Source: Armatimonadota bacterium (lineage in GTDB: Bacteria > Armatimonadota > Fimbriimonadia > Fimbriimonadales > GBS-DC). Taken from it: a stretch of DNA of 64,000 nt. The notes under the pieces are model-generated. The model did no database searches, had not been told where the DNA came from, and saw only the letters and a program-made list of their open reading frames with translations. Location: positions 7,881 through 71,880 of the forward strand of contig JAIMAN010000004.1 of assembly GCA_023511915.1 (NCBI GenBank). Direction: 5' to 3'. The translations under genes were made by a program, and so were the position numbers. Below are positions 9,169 through 17,161 of the stretch, piece after piece (the first letter of the stretch is position 1; every line of letters starts with the position of its first letter).

Positions 9169-10320
9169 TCAGCGCAGCACGGTACGCACGGTTCCGACCG
9201 CCAGCGTGCCGCCGTCGCGCAGCGACAGGGCGCGTATGGTCGCCACATCGTGCGCAGGCGGGCGCGTGCGCGGCACGAACACGGCAATCTCCACCAGCGC
9301 CGAGCCGTTGGGCGCAACGATGGGCGTGGTTGCAGGGCGCGCCTCTGTACGCCACTGGTTGCCCGAAACCAGAATCGCGTACTGCTGCGGGTAGCGGCTC
9401 TTGTTGCGCACAAACAGCCGATGCACCAGCACGCGCGGGGTCGGCGTGTAGCGAATCGTGTAGTCAGGCTCCAGCAGGATGCCCGACTCGGCGGTCAGTT
9501 GAATCAGCGGGTCTTTGCGCACGGCGTCGCCCCACACCCAGTCCCACGCCGCCAAGTCGCCGCGCAGGTACAGCTCGAAAAACGCTGTCAGCAGGCGGCG
9601 CGTGAGTTGGAGTTGCGTTGCGCGGGGCAACGACCCGCTGTCGCAGCCGAAGATGGAGGTGTCTTGGAAGCCGCAGTGCCAGCCGCCCTGAATGACGGGC
9701 AGCAGCTTCGGCGCGAAGCCCGCGGTATACATGCGCAAGCCGTTGCTACTCAGCGGCGTGATGGTATCTGCACTGCCCGAAATCAGGCTGTGGGGCACGG
9801 TGACATTCGGCGACGCCTGAATCGCCGACGGGTTCGTCTCCGCCGCGGCGAGGTTCGCCACCACCTTGATGCGGGCATCCGCTGCTGCCGCGAGGATGCT
9901 CGCCCCGCCGCCCATCGAGTGCCCCGAAACGCCGAACTGCGCGGTCGCCACCTGCCCGAACAGCCACGAAGCAGGGTCAGCGTTCTGCGCCTCCAGATAG
10001 GTCAGGCAATAGCGCATGTCTTCCGAGTAGGCGCGGTGGTTGGGGAACAGCTCCAGCCCCGACTCGGTCGCGATGGCGAGGTAGCCCCAAGTGGCGAGGT
10101 GTTCCAGAATCGAGCGGTAGCGCTCAGGCGGCTGCAGGAAGCCGTGCCCGAACGAGACGGCAGGGTAGGGCGCGCCGCTGCCGTCGTAGGGCGTGTTGTC
10201 GCCCGTCGCCGTCGCGGGGTAGTAGAGTTGCGCGGTGAAGGTCGTGTTGTTCGGGCGGCGCACCGTCACGCGGCGTCGCCCCACGCGATAAGCTCCTGGC
10301 GCGGCATAGTCGGTTTGCAT
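9169..10320 (-). CDS. Alpha/beta hydrolase of the cutinase/PETase (dienelactone-hydrolase-like) fold with an extra C-terminal beta-rich domain
   Basis: ATG at 10320 has a GGGAGA SD and a TATACT -10 (10344-10349). The sequence is collinear with polyesterases. It has LYYP...PAVSFGHGF, the nucleophile elbow GHSMGGG (Ser codon 9916-9918), the acid GSADTITP and the His motif GGWHCGF. About 110 extra residues follow. No signal peptide. Confidence 0.65.
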   Translation of the reverse strand: MQTDYAAPGAYRVGRRRVTVRRPNNTTFTAQLYYPATATGDNTPYDGSGAPYPAVSFGHGFLQPPERYRSILEHLATWGYLAIATESGLELFPNHRAYSEDMRYCLTYLEAQNADPASWLFGQVATAQFGVSGHSMGGGASILAAAADARIKVVANLAAAETNPSAIQASPNVTVPHSLISGSADTITPLSSNGLRMYTAGFAPKLLPVIQGGWHCGFQDTSIFGCDSGSLPRATQLQLTRRLLTAFFELYLRGDLAAWDWVWGDAVRKDPLIQLTAESGILLEPDYTIRYTPTPRVLVHRLFVRNKSRYPQQYAILVSGNQWRTEARPATTPIVAPNGSALVEIAVFVPRTRPPAHDVATIRALSLRDGGTLAVGTVRTVLR

Positions 10321-10351
10321 GGTAGTGTCTCCCTTCACGGGGAAGTATACA

Positions 10352-10993
10352 TCATGTTTGCTGTTCCTGCAGGGCTTGGTAGACGCTGGCGAGGGTGTTT
10401 TCCAGCTCCTTCTGGGCGATGGTGAGGGTCAGGTCGGCGCGGGTGCGCTCCAGCACGGCGCGCAGCGCGTCGCAGGCGCGTCGCAAGCCGCTGGTAACCG
10501 CGTCGGGGTAGTCGAAGGTGACCAGCTCGTCGTAGATTTCGTCCATCACGCCCAGCAGGGTTTCGGCGTGCGCGAGTTCGCCTGCGCGCAGCAAGTCCAG
10601 CACATAGCGTCGGCACTCAGAGGCGGCTTCGGCGACGCCGTTGAGGTACGCGCCGACATCGACGCCCAGTTCGTCGGGTTCGGGCAGCGCGTCGCCCAGC
10701 ACGATGGCGTACAGCGTCTCGCCTTCCACGAGTTCCTTCTCGGCGTCTTGCAGGAAGCCCGCGTGGTAGATTTGCGGGAACGGGCGCAGTTGCTCGCGGG
10801 CGTGGCTGATCTCGCGGTATGCCTGCGTCAGCAGTTCGCGGCAGGCGTCGAACTCGTGGCGGTGCAGGCTGCGGATGGCGCGGGCGCAGAGTTGGGTCGC
10901 TTTACGGCAGGCTTGGAGCCCCTGCTCACGCGCGTGGTGGCGCGCGTCCACCTGCTGGCGCAGCTGCTCGGCGATCTCGCTCCAGTGGTTCAT
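10352..10993 (-). CDS. Translin-family (COG2178-like) predicted nucleic-acid-binding protein
   Basis: 213-aa all-helical protein starting MNHWSEIAEQLRQQVDARHHAREQ. The block YLNGVAEAASECRRYVLDLLRAG...MDEIYDELVTFDYPD matches the translin pattern as I remember it. Start is preceded by TATAAT-N6. Confidence 0.5.
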   Translation of the reverse strand: MNHWSEIAEQLRQQVDARHHAREQGLQACRKATQLCARAIRSLHRHEFDACRELLTQAYREISHAREQLRPFPQIYHAGFLQDAEKELVEGETLYAIVLGDALPEPDELGVDVGAYLNGVAEAASECRRYVLDLLRAGELAHAETLLGVMDEIYDELVTFDYPDAVTSGLRRACDALRAVLERTRADLTLTIAQKELENTLASVYQALQEQQT

Positions 10994-11070
10994 GGCGGGA
11001 TTATACCCCGCGACATTCTCAAGGGGCGCAGGTGAACGACGGCACGGGGCGTCCTTACCAAGGGCGTATA

Positions 11071-11094
11071 GGGGCAGACCGCAGTGCCTGCCCC
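11071..11094. terminator. GC-rich hairpin downstream of the lipoprotein gene; copy 1 of a 2-copy 26-nt element
   Basis: GGGGCAG...CTGCCCC stem. The element TAGGGGCAGACC-nnn-GTGCCTGCCCC recurs at 44873-44898. Confidence 0.5.
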
Positions 11095-11114
11095 GCTCCC
11101 ATAACTCAGGGGGT

Positions 11115-11300
11115 TTAGTTGCCGCCCGCTTTGCGCTCTTCGGCGGCGGCGCCTGATGTGTCGGGCGCGGCGGGTTGCCCCATCGGGTTCGTAGTGGTGG
11201 GCGCAGCCGCCTCACCCTCGCCGCCTCCCTGATTGCCGCACGCCATCAGGTTCAGCGCGAGCGTCAGCATCGTCAGGCTCATTAGAATCCAGCGCTTCAT
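11115..11300 (-). CDS. Small lipoprotein
   Basis: MKRWILMSLTMLTLALNLMAC carries a lipobox (LMAC), followed by a low-complexity Gly/Ala/Pro/Thr tail. 61 aa. Confidence 0.6.
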   Translation of the reverse strand: MKRWILMSLTMLTLALNLMACGNQGGGEGEAAAPTTTNPMGQPAAPDTSGAAAEERKAGGN

Positions 11301-11311
11301 CGGTCGCTCCT

Positions 11312-12139
11312 TTACGGCCAGGTCTGGTTGTCAGGCAGGTTCAGACGAGTAATCGCAGGCGAGATGGCGAAGCGCCCCTGCGGCGAGTAGAACCATTCGT
11401 AGCGCACCCACTTCGCATGCCCGTCCGCGAAAATGGCGTTCGTGCCGCCGCTGTGCCGATCGGAGATCATCAGGAACACCTCGTTCCAGTTGGTGCCGCC
11501 GGGCTCGATGTAGGGGTACAGGTCGAACGGCAAGGCAGAGGTTCCGAAGACGTTGCGCAATCGCTCGGGCACGCCCTCACTCTGCGCCCGCGACTCGGTC
11601 ACCAGAATCACATCGGCGGTCGTCTCCCAGCCTGCCTCGTTATGCTCCAGTCCGCTGTAGGTCGTGCGGTTGTAGCCGTAGTTGGCGATGAACTCCTCGT
11701 TTTTGGCGTAATGCCCGTAGATGCGCGGGGCGACTTTGGAACAGCCGCGCGCGGTGATGGCAGCCGGCGCGTTCGTCGGGAAGGCGCCCACCAGCAGCGA
11801 GCCGGGGCTGTCGTCGTTCGCGCGGCAGCCGTCGGCGGCGGTATACTCCACCAAGCGCGGCTTCGGCGCAGACGACTGCGGACACACGAAGATGTCCCAG
11901 TTCTTAATGTAGGGGTAGAGCGGGATATGCCACTCCCACCACATATACACATGGTAGCCGTCGTAATCCTGGGCGTACATGCGCATCGATGTGCCGAGTT
12001 GACGCATGTTGGATAAGCACGAGGTCTGACGCGCTTTGGCGCGCGCCTGAGCAAACACGGGGAACAAGACTGCCGCCAGTATCGCGATTATCGCGATGAC
12101 CACAAGCAACTCGATAAGCGTAAACCCTCGTTTGTGCAT
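11312..12139 (-). CDS. Prepilin-type N-terminal cleavage/methylation domain protein (DUF1559-like pseudopilin)
   Basis: Start moved to the ATG at 12139, which has a GGAGG SD. N-terminus is [49 protein letters not shown]; C-terminal part contains FADGHAKW. Confidence 0.85.
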   Translation of the reverse strand: MHKRGFTLIELLVVIAIIAILAAVLFPVFAQARAKARQTSCLSNMRQLGTSMRMYAQDYDGYHVYMWWEWHIPLYPYIKNWDIFVCPQSSAPKPRLVEYTAADGCRANDDSPGSLLVGAFPTNAPAAITARGCSKVAPRIYGHYAKNEEFIANYGYNRTTYSGLEHNEAGWETTADVILVTESRAQSEGVPERLRNVFGTSALPFDLYPYIEPGGTNWNEVFLMISDRHSGGTNAIFADGHAKWVRYEWFYSPQGRFAISPAITRLNLPDNQTWP

Positions 12140-12259
12140 GGTTGCCTCCGCCCTACAGTATGAACTCTCGGAAGTTAAGATTGCGTTAATTTCGCCCCGA
12201 AACGCCACCAATTGCGCTATGATTTGGCGGGCGCGCCTACGGCTGGTATAATTTTCCTA

Positions 12260-13144
12260 ATGGCGCAGCAGCCCAAGAGCCTTTCGGAGCGGTTGGCGCA
12301 AGCGTCAAGCGTGGAAGAGCAGGCGCAACTGATGCTTGAGTGGCTGGAGGAGCGTCCCGACCAGAAACTGCTGTTTCGCCTGCGGTTCCTGTACGGGCGC
12401 ATGCACCGCTGGGGCACGGTGCTGTTTCTGAACTATCCGCGCGTGGCGGACTTCCTGCTGGAGTTGTGCGCGGCGGCGATACGGCTGCGCGGGGTGTGCA
12501 ACCTCGCGCTGTCGGGGGGCAGCACGCCGCTGACGCTGTACCGCATCTTGGCAGGGCGTTGTATCCGCCCCACAGTGAACTGGCACAAGGTGCATCTGTT
12601 CTGGGGCGACGAGCGGTATGTGCCGCACGACGACCCGCGCAGCAACTTCGGGCAAGCATACGCAGCGTGGCTGCACAACGCGCCCATCCCGCGCGAGAAC
12701 ATCCACCCGATGCCGACCCACTACGCCGACCCCGACGACGCCGCGCGCGCCTACGAAGCGACCCTGCGTGCGCACTTCGGCGACGCGAAACCGTACCCCG
12801 CGTTCGACTTGGTGCTGCTGGGGCTGGGCGACGACGGGCACATCGCCTCGCTGTTTCCAGGCGACCCCGCGCTGGAAGAGACCGAGCGCTGGGTTGCGCC
12901 CAGCCGCGCGCCCGCCGAACCGCGCCAACGACTGACCCTCACCCTGCCCGCGCTGCAACCAAACCCCATCTGGTTCTTGGTCGCAGGCGAATCCAAAGCG
13001 CCCATCATCGAGCAACTGTTCGCGGGTACGCCCGACCCGACGCTGCCGATTGCCATGCTGGGCAACGATAGCCTGCACTTCTGGTGGCTCAGCGCGGAAC
13101 TCTACGCACGCGCCGCACCCCACACGAAACCGTGGTGGGTGTAG
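12260..13144 (+). CDS. pgl: 6-phosphogluconolactonase
   Basis: Motifs LALSGGSTPLTLY and HLFWGDERYVPHDDPRSN...LGLGDDGHIASLFP. The ATG at 12260 sits 7 nt after TGgTATAAT (12244-12252). An internal ATG at 12401 is an alternative start. Confidence 0.8.
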   Translation: MAQQPKSLSERLAQASSVEEQAQLMLEWLEERPDQKLLFRLRFLYGRMHRWGTVLFLNYPRVADFLLELCAAAIRLRGVCNLALSGGSTPLTLYRILAGRCIRPTVNWHKVHLFWGDERYVPHDDPRSNFGQAYAAWLHNAPIPRENIHPMPTHYADPDDAARAYEATLRAHFGDAKPYPAFDLVLLGLGDDGHIASLFPGDPALEETERWVAPSRAPAEPRQRLTLTLPALQPNPIWFLVAGESKAPIIEQLFAGTPDPTLPIAMLGNDSLHFWWLSAELYARAAPHTKPWWV

Positions 13145-13237
13145 GAACATGGTAAAATCTTCAGGCGTCTAATACAACAAGGAGGGACGGGATACCGTGG
13201 GGGAACTTTCTCCGTCGCTGCTGCGTAAACCTCAGTA

Positions 13238-13849
13238 ATGGAGACGGCGATGACCCACACGGCAGTCGCACAGAGTATGGACGATCGCTTACAGCGCGAG
13301 TTTGACGAGCTGGTGTATCGCCACTACCAGCAGGCATACAACCTTGCGTACCGCCTGACGGGCAACGCCGTCGACGCGGAAGACCTGGTACAGGAGGCGT
13401 TCCTGCGCGCCTACCGATTCTTCGAACGCTACGACCGCAGCATGCCGTTTATGAACTGGTTCAGCCGCATCCTGACGAACCTGTATATCGACGAGTATCG
13501 TCGGCGCGGGCGGCTGCGCACCGTCTCCATCGACGAGGTCTACAGCGGCGAGGACGGCGAGGAGGGCACGACGATGGATCTGCCCGACACCGCGCCTAAC
13601 CCGCTGGAGCTCGCCCTCAGCAACGAATACATCCACGCCATCCACGAGGGGCTCCAGTACCTCTCGCCAGAGTTCCGCATCGCCGTCGTATTGGCTGACC
13701 TGGAGGGCCACTCCTACGAGGAAATCGCCGAAATCACCAAGACCTCCATCGGCACGGTGCGCTCGCGCATCCACCGCGGGCGCAAACAACTGCGCGACCA
13801 AATCAAAAAACGCCATCCCAATCTTTTCGAGCGAGGTGACCTGAAATGA
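13238..13849 (+). CDS. ECF-type RNA polymerase sigma factor (sigma-70 family, group 4)
   Basis: Region 2 DAEDLVQEAFLRAYRFFERYD and region 4 SYEEIAEITKTSIGTVRSRIHRGRKQL. The ATG at 13250 has a GGAGA SD and may be the true start. An extended -10, TGgTAAAAT, lies at 13150-13158. Confidence 0.9.
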   Translation: METAMTHTAVAQSMDDRLQREFDELVYRHYQQAYNLAYRLTGNAVDAEDLVQEAFLRAYRFFERYDRSMPFMNWFSRILTNLYIDEYRRRGRLRTVSIDEVYSGEDGEEGTTMDLPDTAPNPLELALSNEYIHAIHEGLQYLSPEFRIAVVLADLEGHSYEEIAEITKTSIGTVRSRIHRGRKQLRDQIKKRHPNLFERGDLK

Positions 13850-14457
13850 ATTGCCGCTATGTGCAGTCTCGCCTTTCCGCCTATCTGGATTTTGAACTGT
13901 CGGGCGACGAGCAACAGTTGATAAGGAGCCACTTGGAGGAGTGTATCGAGTGTTCATGCGAGTTTGAAAGTTTGCGCAGAACAAAACAATTACTAAGGCA
14001 AATGCCCATCGTTAAGCCCCACACAGGTCCCGAGCAGGTGTTGGTGCGCGTGCGTCATGCGCAACCTGCCGCACCGCGTCCTGCGCGTCCTGCATGGGGG
14101 ATTCGATGGCATCCGCCGCGCGCGTGGCAGTACGCAAGCGGGTTCGCGCTGGTGGCGGCAATCCTCTTTTGGGGACGCTCCGAAGACACCCAAACGCCGC
14201 CCCTAACCACCGCCAGCCCCACACCAAGTTATTTCACCCCCGTCTCCAATCCGCTCTTCCCAACTGTTGCTCCCGAACTCTCCACCGTGTACCGACCCTA
14301 CGCTCCCAACCTGTTCAGACGCGCTTCCTACCCCATGAGTGAACCTCCCCTGATGCCCAGCGTCTCTTATCTGATGGATCCCATGCTGGGCTACCAACCT
14401 GTAAGCGAGTGGAACAGCATCCCCTCGCAACCGAAATTCATCGAGACGCCGCGATAG
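13846..14457 (+). CDS. Anti-sigma factor, zf-HC2 type, single-pass membrane protein
   Basis: ATGA overlap with the sigma gene. N-terminal HLEECIEC (H-x3-C-x2-C) motif, a central TM helix (FALVAAILFW) and a Pro-rich C-terminal part. Confidence 0.8.
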   Translation: MNCRYVQSRLSAYLDFELSGDEQQLIRSHLEECIECSCEFESLRRTKQLLRQMPIVKPHTGPEQVLVRVRHAQPAAPRPARPAWGIRWHPPRAWQYASGFALVAAILFWGRSEDTQTPPLTTASPTPSYFTPVSNPLFPTVAPELSTVYRPYAPNLFRRASYPMSEPPLMPSVSYLMDPMLGYQPVSEWNSIPSQPKFIETPR

Positions 14458-14469
14458 GAGGTTGAGACA

Positions 14470-15951
14470 ATGGTGAAGCGTTGGCAACTGATTCTGGGTT
14501 TGGGTGTGCTGATTGGCGCAGCGATTACCTATGTCGCGCTGCAGGGGGGCGCGGTCGCGCAAGAGCGCGCCGTGGTCGCCTTCACCCCGCAAGAGCGCGC
14601 GACGCTGACCAGTCTGGAGTCTGCGCTCACACGCGTGGCGGAGACCGTGCAGCCGACCGTCGTGCACATTCGCGCCACGCGCCGTGTCGTGACGCGCCCG
14701 CGCGACGAGAACGACCCGATGAACGAGTTCCTGTTCGAGTTCGGACGCGGACGGTTCCAGATGCCCCAGCCGCGTGTAGAAGGGCAAGGCTCTGGGGTCA
14801 TCGTTCGCAGCGACGGCTACATCGTTACGAATGACCATGTGGTGGACGGCGCGACCGATGTGGAGGTGACCTTCTACGACGGCACGAAAACGAAGGGCGA
14901 GGTGCTGCGCGCGCCCAGCGCGGACATCGCTGTCATCAAGGTAGACCGCAAGAATCTGCCCGCTGCCGTGTTGGGCGACTCGTCGACGGTCAAACCAGGA
15001 CAGATTGCCTTCGCGATTGGCAGCCCGTTCGGGCTGGAGAACACACTCACGATGGGCGTGATTAGCGCGACGGGACGGCGCGAGGTCATCCCTGGCGCAG
15101 GGCGCGTCCGCACCTATCCTGACCTAATTCAGACCGACGCCGCCATCAACTCGGGCAACTCGGGCGGACCGCTGGTCAACGCACGCGGCGAGGTCATCGG
15201 CATCAACACCGCCATCGTCGCGGGCGGGTTCATAGGCGGCAATGTCGGCATCGGCTTCGCCATTCCCATCAACCGCGTGAAGACCGTCGTGCAGCAACTC
15301 ATCGAGAAGGGCGCTTACCGACGCGGCTATTTGGGCGTTTGGTTCTCTGACATCCCCGCCGACATGAAGGACGAACTCCAAGCAACGCAGGGCATCCTAA
15401 TCCGCTCCGTCGAGCAGGGCACACCCGCCGAAAAAGCAGGCATCGAAGCGGGCGATGTGGTCGTTGAAGTGGACGGTACACCCGTGCGCAACGAGAGCCA
15501 CTTCCGCGAGATGATTGCCGACAAGGGTCCCGACGCATCCGTCACGCTCAAGATTCTGCGCGAGGGCAAGCCGATGACCGTCAAGGCGACCTTAGGCGTT
15601 CATCCCGAGGATCTGCAGGCGCAAGAGACTGCCCGCGCAGACTCGTCCCGCGCGCAGGGCGTGCTGGATCGGTTGGGCATCACGGTCGGCGAAATCCCCG
15701 CGGCGCTGCAGCGCGAACTGGGCAGCGTGCAGGGCGTCTATGTGCAGCGCGTTGCCCCCGACAGCCCCGCCGCCGACGAACTGCAAGCGGGCGATGTGAT
15801 CCTTGCGGTGAACCGCACGCCCGTCAAAACCGTCGCCGAACTGGAGCGCGCACTGCAGGCGGTTCCGTCGGGACGCGCCGTGCGCATGCGCGCGCTGCGC
15901 CAAGTGGACGACCGCACGATGGAAGTTCTCGTGATGTTTCGGATGCCCTGA
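14470..15951 (+). CDS. htrA: HtrA/DegP-family periplasmic serine protease with two PDZ domains
   Basis: AGGAGG SD and an N-terminal anchor. Catalytic triad context TNDHVV, DIAVIKV and GNSGGPLVNARGEVIGINTAI. Two PDZ-like segments follow. Confidence 0.9.
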   Translation: MVKRWQLILGLGVLIGAAITYVALQGGAVAQERAVVAFTPQERATLTSLESALTRVAETVQPTVVHIRATRRVVTRPRDENDPMNEFLFEFGRGRFQMPQPRVEGQGSGVIVRSDGYIVTNDHVVDGATDVEVTFYDGTKTKGEVLRAPSADIAVIKVDRKNLPAAVLGDSSTVKPGQIAFAIGSPFGLENTLTMGVISATGRREVIPGAGRVRTYPDLIQTDAAINSGNSGGPLVNARGEVIGINTAIVAGGFIGGNVGIGFAIPINRVKTVVQQLIEKGAYRRGYLGVWFSDIPADMKDELQATQGILIRSVEQGTPAEKAGIEAGDVVVEVDGTPVRNESHFREMIADKGPDASVTLKILREGKPMTVKATLGVHPEDLQAQETARADSSRAQGVLDRLGITVGEIPAALQRELGSVQGVYVQRVAPDSPAADELQAGDVILAVNRTPVKTVAELERALQAVPSGRAVRMRALRQVDDRTMEVLVMFRMP

Positions 15952-15963
15952 CGGGCGCAGGGG

Positions 15964-16117
15964 TTGACATCCGCGCCCGCCATAGGGTATAGTTAAGATG
16001 TCGTCAGGAGGACGACCTTTGTGGAGGGTACCATAGGCCACCTCTACGAAGCATCCGGGACACGGAGGTCCCACCGCATTTTCGGGGCGAGCAGAAACGC
16101 TTGCCCCGATTTTGTTT
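15964..16117 (+). ncRNA. Candidate small RNA: orphan promoter + four hairpins + intrinsic terminator (family unassigned)
   Basis: TTGACA (15964-69)-N18-TATAGT (15988-93). Hairpins at 16000-16016, 16021-16047 and 16057-16072. Terminator stem at 16083-16108 followed by ATTTTGTTT. Confidence 0.3.
16083..16117 (+). terminator. Intrinsic terminator (10-bp stem + U-tract); the U-tract overlaps the upp stop codon
   Basis: CGGGGCGAGC-agaaac-GCTTGCCCCG (one G-U pair) followed by ATTTTGTTT. Confidence 0.7.
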
Positions 16118-16742
16118 ACCGCGCCCCTGTGCCGTAGAGCCGATCCCCGAAGTCGCCTAAGCCTGGCAGGATGAATTTTCGGTCGTTCAGTCCGCGATCT
16201 ATAGAGGCGGCGACGATGCGCACCTGCGGGAACCGCTCGTTGAGCAGGCGCACGCCTTCGGGCGCGGCGACCACGCACACATGCACGATGTCCTGCGCGC
16301 CCGCTTTCAGCAGCACTTCAATCGCCTGCGCCGCCGAGCCGCCCGTCGCCAGCATCGGATCCAGCAGCAGCACGCGACTTGCGCCGATGGGGGGCAGTTT
16401 ACAATAGTACGCGCGGGCGACGGCGGTTGCTTCGTCGCGCTCCAGCCCGATGTAGCCAACGCGCACATCGGTGAACAGCTCCGTGATAGCTTCCAGCATG
16501 CCCAGCCCCGCCCGCAGAATCGGCACGGCGACAATAGGCTGCGCCAGCGAGTGTCCTTGGGTCGGCTCCAGCGGCGTCTGCACGGTGTGCTCGCGCACGG
16601 GCAAATCGCGCGTGGCGTCCACCGCCAGCAGCAGGGTCAACTGCCGCGCCAGCGCACGGAACTGGGCTGGCTCCGTCGAAGCGTCGCGCAGGCGCGTGAG
16701 AATGTGCTTCACCAACGGGTGCTGTACGACCTCAATCTGCAT
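16116..16742 (-). CDS. upp: Uracil phosphoribosyltransferase
   Basis: MQIEVVQHPLVKHILTRLRD...ILRAGLGM...LLLDPMLATGGSA...IDRGLNDRKFILPGLGDFGDRLYG. Confidence 0.9.
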   Translation of the reverse strand: MQIEVVQHPLVKHILTRLRDASTEPAQFRALARQLTLLLAVDATRDLPVREHTVQTPLEPTQGHSLAQPIVAVPILRAGLGMLEAITELFTDVRVGYIGLERDEATAVARAYYCKLPPIGASRVLLLDPMLATGGSAAQAIEVLLKAGAQDIVHVCVVAAPEGVRLLNERFPQVRIVAASIDRGLNDRKFILPGLGDFGDRLYGTGAR

Positions 16743-16769
16743 CCATGCTCACCGCCACGATTGTACCCG

Positions 16770-17159
16770 CTATGGCGTCTCGGCATACTGGAGGATGAGG
16801 GCAAGCGCGGCGTAGTCGTCGTAGGGTTCGGGCGGGATGCGCATGCCTTTGGGCAGCAGGCGTCGCCAGCCGCGCGGGGGATGGTACTGAAAGTAGAGTT
16901 CGCGGGCGCGCAGCGTGGTGTCGCGCTCGGCGACCGTTTCCCACGCGGCGTTCGGGAACCACTCGCGCAACTGCGCCCGCAGCCGTTTCGCGCCCGTGCC
17001 CGCGCCCACCAGCAAGCGGTCGGGCGCATAGTCGGTAAGCAGGCGCTGCAGTGTCGCGTGCAACTGCTCCAGCGCGACCACCGCGCGATACAGCACGCGC
17101 CACTCGCCGCCTGCCCGCTCGGCGAGGGCAATCCCCACCTTGTGGCTGCCGGGGTCAAT
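16770..17159 (-). CDS. YqgF/RuvX-like RNase H-fold nuclease (start codon uncertain)
   Basis: LAIDPGSHKVGIAL...DRLLVGAGTG...AERDTTLRARELY...DDYAALALILQY is collinear with RuvX/YqgF. The only canonical start (GTG at 17138) lies after the DPG motif. The upper coordinate given here is an in-frame ATT. Confidence 0.5.
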   Translation of the reverse strand: MDPGSHKVGIALAERAGGEWRVLYRAVVALEQLHATLQRLLTDYAPDRLLVGAGTGAKRLRAQLREWFPNAAWETVAERDTTLRARELYFQYHPPRGWRRLLPKGMRIPPEPYDDYAALALILQYAETP

Positions 17160-17161
17160 CG

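Noticed and set aside
13197-13238. 13-codon uORF (VGELSPSLLRKPQ) with an AAGGAGG SD, ending in a TAATG overlap with the ECF sigma ORF start.
   Set aside because: The sigma gene has a better-supported start at 13250 with its own GGAGA SD, which removes the need for coupling. The uORF has an 11-nt SD spacing and no other support. It could be tested by ribosome profiling.
16057-16080. GGTCCCACC string reminiscent of the 5S rRNA loop region.
   Set aside because: The rest of the 5S consensus (CCGAAC...GAAGTGAAAC..., 3' half) is absent, and there is no rRNA operon context.
16021-16137. 38-codon ORF (GTG, preceded by AGGAGG at 16006-11) inside the candidate sRNA.
   Set aside because: It would be translated straight through the intrinsic terminator hairpin and into the convergent upp gene. 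Its composition is unremarkable, and the AGGAGG is sequestered in hairpin HP1.
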